Assembly (NCBI GenBank): GCA_963827235.1
Contig: CAWHAE010000010.1
Location: 544,001-608,000, forward strand
From: an uncultured bacterium
Lineage (GTDB): Bacteria > Chloroflexota > UBA5177 > JANWHV01
DNA: 64,000 bases
Direction of reading: 5' to 3'
Numbering within the stretch: the stretch's first letter is position 1; every line of letters begins with the position of its first letter. The notes beneath the pieces were generated by a model. The model was not told where the DNA came from. It was given only the letters and a program-made list of their open reading frames with translations, and searched no databases. A program made the translations under genes and the position numbers. Below, in pieces: positions 57,601-64,000 of this stretch.

Positions 57601-58329
57601 GACGCAAATCTCACCACAAAGCCGTCCTACAGCCACTATCAGGCGCAGGTGGCCATGGCGTCGGCCGGCGCTACCTCCACAGGCACGGCCACGAGCACCC
57701 CAACCGCCTCCGCCACCGGGACGGAGACCGGCACCTGGACCGTCACCGCTAGCGCTACGCCAACCATCACCGCGACCGCGACCGCCACGCCCAGCTCGAC
57801 GTCGACGCCGACCGCGTCCGGAACGCCCACCGCGACGCCGTCAGTCACCGCGAGCATAACACCGACCGGCACCGCGAGCCTGACGCCCACGGGCACGCCC
57901 AGCGCGTCGCCAAGCGCCATCCCGAGCATGACGCGGACGTCCACCCCAACGCCAACCCGCCTCGCCAGCCCCACGTCGAGCGCCACGGCAGTCGCCGTAC
58001 GCGTGACGATTGCCGGTGCTTGGGTCAGTCCCGGTAGAGTTGCTCGGGGTGGTACCGAGGTGCTGAGCGCGACGATCCAGACAAACGTACAGCTCAGCGG
58101 CGTCCTCGTCGACCTCGAGGTCTACAGCCCATCCAACAGCAAGATCTACCAGTGGTTTACCAGCGGGCAGTCGTTCGCGGCAGGCTCACCGCGAACGTAC
58201 AGCACCAGCTGGCGTGTACCCGCGGGCCAGTCCAGCGGAACCTACACCTTCAAGATCGGTGTGTACGGTCCCGCCTGGAGTCCCATGTATATCTGGAACA
58301 ACTCTGCGGCGAGGTTCACCGTTGCGTAG
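54616..58329 (+). CDS. Large secreted multidomain glycosidase: signal peptide, Asp-box region, Kelch propeller, clan GH-A catalytic domain, Thr/Pro linker, C-terminal beta-sandwich
   Basis: Signal 'RLGTFIVILAAVATG...ASA'; S.D.G..W Asp-boxes; 'P.AR......FGG...DLW.Y' Kelch repeats; WELWNEPN and YLTEAAW catalytic Glu motifs; T/P tract at about 57660-57990. Confidence 0.8.
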   Translation: MSGRPAGPSIARLGTFIVILAAVATGNVAQRASAGHDSAQPGTDQGPITITTTNPHNSHARYRARSGRSGDVVEISTDDGSHWLNVLAPVPPRPNAGAYAALGQWSSCVPASYQRVDALAVDGAGPGMLYIGTAGAVGDYLDRGCSSAQGGLYASANGAAAASMGTRGLPYAQDPAGRTTPAFDVDAVTADPRINAIYVHASGGTGPGSPPAGLYRSTDGGEAWTEVDAGLRPSSWITSSAGTTVPVFDAGGLVVDSSDPSHLIFRNDTGTYQSINAGAFWKSPGGSEAWTPSPTPVAPPVPTAVVAAAMLPQSRAAASFSPLPTGWAWQQVAPSGTVPPARQDAATAWDSADNMLLVFGGATTSSQPLGDLWSYSPSTNTWLQRASGPSARFGAAAVWDTVDNQLLVFGGQTGSNASTAYMGDLWAYRPSTNTWSALSATGAAGAPPARSHAVAAFDGSHLLMFSGEISENPMQGTNDLWSFTLSGGGSSGTWAQLQANNSSCTVTCPQQRYSASGAWNANLGALVAFGGKNGAQTVLSDLWTYGPGSGWQAGSSLSNSQEPAGRAEAGMAYDAAHAAIMVGPGLSLASGDIVDVSAAYADPSGWLRLPVATAPQPLQRRLTNFTWNPADGSFYLFGGRVAGVGADNDLWRLAPAAPVATPTAQPASTTVAGLDEGWAVDNSGNVIVTPAQIAVTGNAGARYVRVNFRIGSATDWTDAARLAAYDTVIANYQAAGIQVLGLITSEATHSSQSDWVANSREVSGGNGDNSFISSTYVQGAVKPLLAHFADRVKLWELWNEPNEYQSCSGAVCTGGSFIYPSNFAALLVDSYVAVKDPAPNGLGLAGVTLISGGLFGHSIGGVLTATNAGATYLSNVFTMGISTVGTWTAFAAAHGGRYPLDAIGQHLYVDQNLITTTTDIASYYGWIRSAVTPFETPQPTYLTEAAWSTTSVPQNVQAGNLDLLFGATRAVGYAPLLTWFELQDVPQNGLYFGLADANLTTKPSYSHYQAQVAMASAGATSTGTATSTPTASATGTETGTWTVTASATPTITATATATPSSTSTPTASGTPTATPSVTASITPTGTASLTPTGTPSASPSAIPSMTRTSTPTPTRLASPTSSATAVAVRVTIAGAWVSPGRVARGGTEVLSATIQTNVQLSGVLVDLEVYSPSNSKIYQWFTSGQSFAAGSPRTYSTSWRVPAGQSSGTYTFKIGVYGPAWSPMYIWNNSAARFTVA

Positions 58330-58389
58330 CGCGTCGCAACACCCCGCGCTTCCTGCCGCCGGCAGTGCAGGTGTGCTAGAGAACACGTC

Positions 58390-59361
58390 TCACAGCGACG
58401 CGGCCCGGGTGGCCGACCGGCGACTGGACTGCGCCGCAAGGACGACGGCCGCCAGAACGAACAAGGCACCGACGAAGAACGGCGGAGCGAGGTGCTCGCC
58501 CAAAACGATAGAGCCCAGGGCGCCGCCTACCACCGGTTGTGCGAGCAAATAGAGGGAGCCCGTCGACGCCGGCATATACTCAAAGCCCTTGTTCCACAGG
58601 TAGAACGCCCCCGCGGTGCAGACCGTCCCGATATACACGATGCCGAGCCAAAGCCGTGCATCGGAAGGAATCGACCAGCCTTCCGCTACCGCCTGTCCGA
58701 GAGCAGGCGGTAGCGAGAACAGCACGCCGAACACCGTGGCCCATGCCGTGACCGTCAACGGAGGGTAGCGGAGCGTGCCGATCCGGCTGCCAACGGTGTA
58801 CGCGGCCCAGGCAGCAGCCGCAACGCCAAGCGCAACGTTGCCCATGACCGCGCCGCCGGACCTGGATCCCGGCAGGCCGATGACCGCCACAATGCCCGTC
58901 AGGCCCAGGATCAGAGCCGCGCCAGATGACCAGGTTGGGCGTTCATCCAGCCACAACATGGCGAAGAGGGTCACAAGCGCGGGCGAGGCCGCGGTGATGA
59001 GGGAACCCAGTGCCGCGCCGGCAAGCGCGGTACCTGCAAACTGCAGCCCGATGGAGATCGTGTATCCTCCAAGCCCCAGGGCAGCGAATAAGCCCAGGTC
59101 GCGTCGTCGCACACGGAGCGTCCCCCAACCCAGCGCCGCACCAACGAGGATGGGCAGGGCAATGAGATAGCGCAGCTCAACCAGCACCATGGCGGGGACA
59201 CGACGCAGAATGGCGGCACTGATGACGAAGGTGGTGCCCCAGATCGCCGCTGCGCCACCCAGGCAGAGCGGGCCAGCTGCAGCGATGATGACGACCAGTA
59301 CCGTCTTCCGCGGACTTCGCCACGGTCGCCCCCATGTGCCGACGCGCCGGTTCAACCGCAA
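58390..59361 (-). CDS. EamA/DMT-family transporter (start uncertain)
   Basis: AAAIWG..F, LRY..A, L.ER, AWAAYTV, AFYLWNKG, LGE. Confidence 0.85.
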   Translation of the reverse strand: MRLNRRVGTWGRPWRSPRKTVLVVIIAAAGPLCLGGAAAIWGTTFVISAAILRRVPAMVLVELRYLIALPILVGAALGWGTLRVRRRDLGLFAALGLGGYTISIGLQFAGTALAGAALGSLITAASPALVTLFAMLWLDERPTWSSGAALILGLTGIVAVIGLPGSRSGGAVMGNVALGVAAAAWAAYTVGSRIGTLRYPPLTVTAWATVFGVLFSLPPALGQAVAEGWSIPSDARLWLGIVYIGTVCTAGAFYLWNKGFEYMPASTGSLYLLAQPVVGGALGSIVLGEHLAPPFFVGALFVLAAVVLAAQSSRRSATRAASL

Positions 59362-59593
59362 ACGAGTAGTGCCCTTCCCTCAATCACGCGTCTCGCACCG
59401 CTTCGACGCAGACGGCCTCCGCATGAACACATGCCAGTACCTACGCGTTCAGTCAAGCGGGCATCCGTGACCGGACCATACTGCTGCCTTTCCACTGCTC
59501 TTGGGGCAACTCGGGCGTCGATACCGACGGCGCTGCTCCTAAGAATACCGTCGAGGGCGCGACGTGCACTCGCTGATCACGCCGGCCCGCCGC

Positions 59594-61402
59594 TCAGCTC
59601 TGGCGGCCCGTCTTCGCGTCTGCCTCTTCCTGCATGCCGTGGATATAGCGCCGCCCGCGCAGCAGCGAGGCTATCGCCGCCACGACCGTGAACACCGCCG
59701 AGATGATGAATGCGGCGTGCAGACCGTCCATGAACGCCGGCAGGATGAGGTGGGGAAAGAACGTCTTGCCGAACAGGGTGGACTGCGCCTGCGCGTCCAG
59801 ATGGACCGCCACGGACGGAGGCACCAGCGAGCGCATCGGATTGTAGCCCAGGAAAGCTGCGAAGAGCACGCTGATAGGCGGCAGCCCGGCGATGTGGTGG
59901 GCGACCGGCGCAGGCAGCCCCTGCTGGGTCAGGCCCGCCGCCATCACACCGGGCAACGAGGACGCAAGTCCTGCGGTCAAGATAGTAAAGAAGACGGCCA
60001 TGCTGACCATGCTGCCGGCGTTCTGGAAGGTGCCGGCCATGCCGGAGGCCACTCCGCGCACCTTTGCCGGCACGGAGTTCATGATGCTCGTGATGTTGGG
60101 AGCAGCGAACAGACCCATCCCGCTGCCCATGAGCAGCAGGATGGCGAAGAAGACCCAGCGATTGAAGTCGCCCGGCAGCAGGTTGAGCAGAAGGAAGCCG
60201 ACCGCGGTGACGGCCATTCCGCCCGTCGCGAAAGCGCGAGCGCCGTAGCGATCAGATAGCCAGCCGGAGAGGGGCCCGAAGCCGATAAAGCCAAGCATCA
60301 TCGGCATGGTGTAGATGCCCGCCCAGAGCGGCGTGTCCGCGTAATTGTAGCCATGTAGGGGCAGCCAGATGCCTTGCAACCAGATGATCAGCATGAACTG
60401 CAGGCCACCGCGCGCCAGGGCGCTCAGGAAGCCACTCAGATTGCCGGCAGCGAACATGCGAATCCGAAACAGCGCCAACTGGAAGAGAGGATCCGCCACG
60501 TGCGTCTCAATCCAGAGAAAGGCAAGTAACAGGAAAGTGCTGGACGTAAGAGCGGCAATAACCCAGGGGTTACTCCAGCCCATGGCGCTGCGTCCGTACG
60601 GCTCGATGCCATAGGTGATACCGATAAGAAGGAGCGTCAAACCTACCAGGAAGGTCAGGTTGCCCGGAATGTCGAGGCGCTGGCCGGTCTTGATCGTCGC
60701 GACCTCATGCAGCCGGAGATACGCCCACACCGTACCAAACAAGCCGAACGGCACACTGACGAGGAACACCAACCGCCAGTCAATGGTGGCGAGCCATCCG
60801 CCCACCAGCAGGCCGCCCAACGCCCCGGATATGCCGGCAATCTGGTTGATGCCCATGGCCAGGCCGCGCTCGTGCGGCGGGAAGGCATCTGTGAGCAGGG
60901 CGGCGCTGTTGGCGAACAGAAAGGCGCTGCCAACGCCCTGCACTACCCGAAAGCCCAGCAACTCGACGCCCGCCTGCGTGCCGGTGCCCGGCGTGAGGAC
61001 CAGGAAGAGGGAGCCCACCGTGAAGACGGCGAAGCCGAGGTTATACATACGTACCCTGCCTACCATATCCGAGATGCGGCCGAACGTGACGAGCAGGGTG
61101 GCGGTGACCATCATGTAGCCCATCAAGATCCAGAGCAGAAAGCCCGAGTTGCCCGGCGTCATGGGGTCGAGTGCTATGCCGCGAAAGATCGCGGGCAGCG
61201 AGATCATCATGATACTGCCGTTGATGCTCGCCATCAGCACACCGATAGTGGTGTTGGAGAGCACAACCCACTTGTAGCGGTCGCCGTGGGCCGCGCCCGC
61301 AGCCGCCCCGGCGAGGGGCTCAGCTACGACACCCGGCGCCGGTACGCTATTGGCGCTGAGTGCAAGGCTACGCTCCTCGTCAGGTAGCGACTTGAGTGTC
61401 AA
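59594..61402 (-). CDS. DHA2-type MFS transporter
   Basis: [41 protein letters not shown]; TTG at 61402 after GGAGAAGGGA chosen as start. Confidence 0.88.
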   Translation of the reverse strand: MTLKSLPDEERSLALSANSVPAPGVVAEPLAGAAAGAAHGDRYKWVVLSNTTIGVLMASINGSIMMISLPAIFRGIALDPMTPGNSGFLLWILMGYMMVTATLLVTFGRISDMVGRVRMYNLGFAVFTVGSLFLVLTPGTGTQAGVELLGFRVVQGVGSAFLFANSAALLTDAFPPHERGLAMGINQIAGISGALGGLLVGGWLATIDWRLVFLVSVPFGLFGTVWAYLRLHEVATIKTGQRLDIPGNLTFLVGLTLLLIGITYGIEPYGRSAMGWSNPWVIAALTSSTFLLLAFLWIETHVADPLFQLALFRIRMFAAGNLSGFLSALARGGLQFMLIIWLQGIWLPLHGYNYADTPLWAGIYTMPMMLGFIGFGPLSGWLSDRYGARAFATGGMAVTAVGFLLLNLLPGDFNRWVFFAILLLMGSGMGLFAAPNITSIMNSVPAKVRGVASGMAGTFQNAGSMVSMAVFFTILTAGLASSLPGVMAAGLTQQGLPAPVAHHIAGLPPISVLFAAFLGYNPMRSLVPPSVAVHLDAQAQSTLFGKTFFPHLILPAFMDGLHAAFIISAVFTVVAAIASLLRGRRYIHGMQEEADAKTGRQS

Positions 61403-62283
61403 TCGTCGATCCCTTCTCCCGTGGTCCGTGCAAATCTGTTCCGGCCCACTCTTGCCTGCCGCCGCGACTCTGCCAGCGTGCATGATGGGAGACTGGACTG
61501 CGTGGCCACGCCCCGTCGTGCTCAGTCTCCACGCTGTTGGGCTCGCTCCGCCGATCGGCTTGGGAGAAAGCCGCACCTGGGAAAACACCAGCGCCAACAC
61601 CGGCACAAGGACGGTCATCAGACTGGCCGCACTGCAGCCGTTTCAACGCTCTCACGGTCGCCCACCAAGGTACCACACAGCGTCAAGTCATTCGTGAGTC
61701 GGCTTCCATGCCGGTCCACGACCAGACATGAACCGCACCGAACCACGAGCCGCCTGTGGTGCATGTTCCCTTCTAGTGAGGCCACGACGAGATCAACACA
61801 GCGCGACGATGCCCTGCGATTCATCACGCGGTTGCTCATGGCTCGCCAAGCGCGGAATTGCTTCCGCCCGCGCCTGTTTCAGCCTGGATTGAGTATAGGC
61901 GGGTGATTGCAGCGCCAGTTGAGCACACTGTAGGATGGGGCGTGACGCCGACGCAATCGGGCAGGCATTTCAGACAACATGAACGCCCGCCAACCTAGAA
62001 GTGGACAGGCAGCAATGCTACTGTGAGACTTAAAAGCACTGCCGTATTGTGCCGTCGCGATCGGTGTGCTGCGCGCAGCCCGCACGATGCCGGGCACGTC
62101 ATTGCGTTTCATGAATCAGGACGTCGATCGAGGTACGTGCAGCGGCTGCGACTCCAGCGGTACCTGCACGCGACTGTCGCCGCGACTGGCAGTCTGGTGC
62201 CCACCATGCAGCGACGAATGCCGGACGTGGATGTCGCTGACCCTGCATTGTAGCGATCGGGCACGCATGCGATGGAGAAATGA

Positions 62284-64000
62284 GTGGTCCGAGCTATCCG
62301 AGAGCTGGAGTTGAGGCGACTGCTCAGCGGATATGGCCTGCGGAGCAAGCTGCTCCGCCGGGTCGGCGGCACGGTGCTGGTCATCTTTGTCGTTACGGAC
62401 GTGCTCACCTACATGAAGGCAAGCAACGCCCTGCAACAGCAGGCGGTACAGACGGGTTGCGCCCAAGCACAGGTGGCTGCATCGGAGATCAACGCGTTGC
62501 TACAGACGGTCGCCGCACGTTCTGCTCAGATGAGCGCCGTCGTCGCGCTGGGCAGCCTCAATACGGCACAGCTGCGCACCTACTTCCGGAACTTGCTTCC
62601 CACGATCCCGGCGAGCCAGGCCTACAACGATTATGTCTTCTTTCAGAAGCTGGACTACCGGAACAAGAACGCACAGATCTTCTATATTCGCCCTACCTGG
62701 CCCGAGCCAAGATATCTGAACTACGACTACCATACGTCCGCTCACGCGTGGTACAGCGTACCTGCGCGCACCAGGCGCCCCTTCGTAAGCGAGCCATTTT
62801 TCGCGAGCGGAGGCTCGAACGAGAGCATGGTATCGGTCGTATCGCCCGTGCTGCATGGCAGCGAGTTACTGGGTGTGGCCGGTGTGGACCTGACACTCGC
62901 ACCACTCAGCACGATTACCGACGCGCTTCGATTCGGTTCACCGGGAAACCAGGACGGCAACGGCAGCTATGCGTTTCTCATTTCCAGCCAAAGAAATCTG
63001 GTGACATTCCCAGATCGGTCCAGCCTCGTTGGCGATGGTCGACCCGGCCAGACGATCACGACCGTCGATGGCGGCAGCTTTGCCGCCGTTGCAGATGCCT
63101 CCGGTGCGGCAGTCACGAAAGTGACCCAGCCTGGGGGAACAACGGCGCTGGTCTTCACACAGCCCGTGCCGGCTGCCGGCTGGAAGCTCGCGCTCGTGGT
63201 GCCCGAATCGCTGATCTATGCGCCGCTTAATGGCTTGCGACAGCAGGCTATCGCACTGACGATCGCGGGCACAGCTCTCATGCTGACGTTGGTCGTCCTG
63301 CTCACTGGACGCATCGTAAGGCCGATAACCTTGGTGAAACAGGCCGCGGAGCGGCTGGCCCTGGGCGATGTCTCGGTCGCGAAGGTCCTCCCACCACCTT
63401 CCTCGGATGAGGTCGGCGAGCTGACCGTGGCGTTCCGCCTGATGGAAGAGACGCTGCACAGCGCGGCCCGCGAACGGCTGGAGCAGGCTGAAGCGGCAAC
63501 GGCTTTAGCGGAAGCCGGCGCCGCCTTGGCCACCGCACTGGAACCCGAGCCGCTCTACGACATTGTCCTGCACCAAATGGCGCGCGTCGTGCCTTGCGAC
63601 ACCGCGTGCATTCTGGAGTTTCGAGACGGCTGGGCTGTTGTAGCGGGAACGTACGGTGAGCCCAGCCTACCCGTGGGAGTCCGGGTGGCGTCGCTGGAGA
63701 GCGCCCAGAGTATTTTTCCGCAGACAGAGCGCCAAGCACGGCTGCTGCTTGAGACACGCGATGCCCCGGAGTGGCACAGTATCCCTCCCCTGAACGGCAC
63801 GCTTGAAGTCCGCAGCGCGATCATCCTGCCGATGCTCGCACACGCCGAGCTTCACGGATGTCTCATCGTCGGGAATGTGACGCCGGGCTTCTACGAGGAG
63901 CCCGATTTCCAGATGGCGCGAGTCTTTGGTCAGCGTATCGCTCAGGCCCTTTGGAGCGCGCGGCTCTACCGCCTCGAGCAGCAGCGCGCTCTGGCTGCCG
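62284..64000 (+). CDS. Membrane sensor with TM-dCache-TM-HAMP-GAF domains, truncated by the window end; output domain not visible
   Basis: Not in the ORF track because there is no stop in the window. Own translation from GTG 62284 after GGAG: 'LRSKLLRRVGGTVLVIFVV', 'YDY....AWY...SEPFF...LGVAGVDL', 'GWKLALVVPE', HAMP 'RPI......ERLA.GD...DEVGEL', then GAF-like 'LYDIVL...VVPCD...AIILPM...LHG'. Confidence 0.85.
   Translation, partial: MVRAIRELELRRLLSGYGLRSKLLRRVGGTVLVIFVVTDVLTYMKASNALQQQAVQTGCAQAQVAASEINALLQTVAARSAQMSAVVALGSLNTAQLRTYFRNLLPTIPASQAYNDYVFFQKLDYRNKNAQIFYIRPTWPEPRYLNYDYHTSAHAWYSVPARTRRPFVSEPFFASGGSNESMVSVVSPVLHGSELLGVAGVDLTLAPLSTITDALRFGSPGNQDGNGSYAFLISSQRNLVTFPDRSSLVGDGRPGQTITTVDGGSFAAVADASGAAVTKVTQPGGTTALVFTQPVPAAGWKLALVVPESLIYAPLNGLRQQAIALTIAGTALMLTLVVLLTGRIVRPITLVKQAAERLALGDVSVAKVLPPPSSDEVGELTVAFRLMEETLHSAARERLEQAEAATALAEAGAALATALEPEPLYDIVLHQMARVVPCDTACILEFRDGWAVVAGTYGEPSLPVGVRVASLESAQSIFPQTERQARLLLETRDAPEWHSIPPLNGTLEVRSAIILPMLAHAELHGCLIVGNVTPGFYEEPDFQMARVFGQRIAQALWSARLYRLEQQRALAA

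Noticed and set aside
57660-57990. Low-complexity ACG/CCG-rich tract as a DNA repeat element
   Set aside because: It is explained by the in-frame Thr/Pro linker of the secreted glycosidase.
62280-63230. 316-aa plus-strand ORF in the track
   Set aside because: Wrong frame; the overlapping frame from 62284 encodes coherent TM, dCache and HAMP motifs.

Overview
This is a high-GC bacterial window; the gene style suggests a Chloroflexota-like soil organism, but that is inference only. From left to right it holds: the 3' end of a GH4 glycosidase; a complete ~14.6 kb 4-hydroxybenzaldehyde/4-hydroxybenzoate/protocatechuate (beta-ketoadipate) operon with its own ABC importer (binding-protein gene frameshifted) and a divergent PcaR; galT and a DinB-family gene; a TetR-controlled ABC exporter; an orphan chemoreceptor with a sigma28-like promoter; an MFS/TetR pair; a LacI-controlled module (IolG-like, atypical transaldolase-fold enzyme, MmsA/IolA); a PQQ-repeat protein beside several gene remnants; a folate C1 cluster (MetF-MetV fusion, AcsE-like methyltransferase, Fhs); an NRMT-type Nramp; a Cre-like recombinase; an LLM oxidoreductase; hprA- and rbsK-like genes; a 1.2 kaa Asp-box/Kelch/clan-A glycosidase; EamA; MFS; and a dCache-HAMP-GAF sensor running off the right edge. 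The most unusual signal is a pair of paralogous ~1,020-aa orphan histidine kinases carrying the beta-propeller + Y_Y_Y glycan-sensor module, with no visible signal peptide or transmembrane helix, so they look like soluble cytoplasmic versions of a normally periplasmic sensor. No rRNA, tRNA or CRISPR array was recognised. All calls come from reading motifs by eye; no database search was run.
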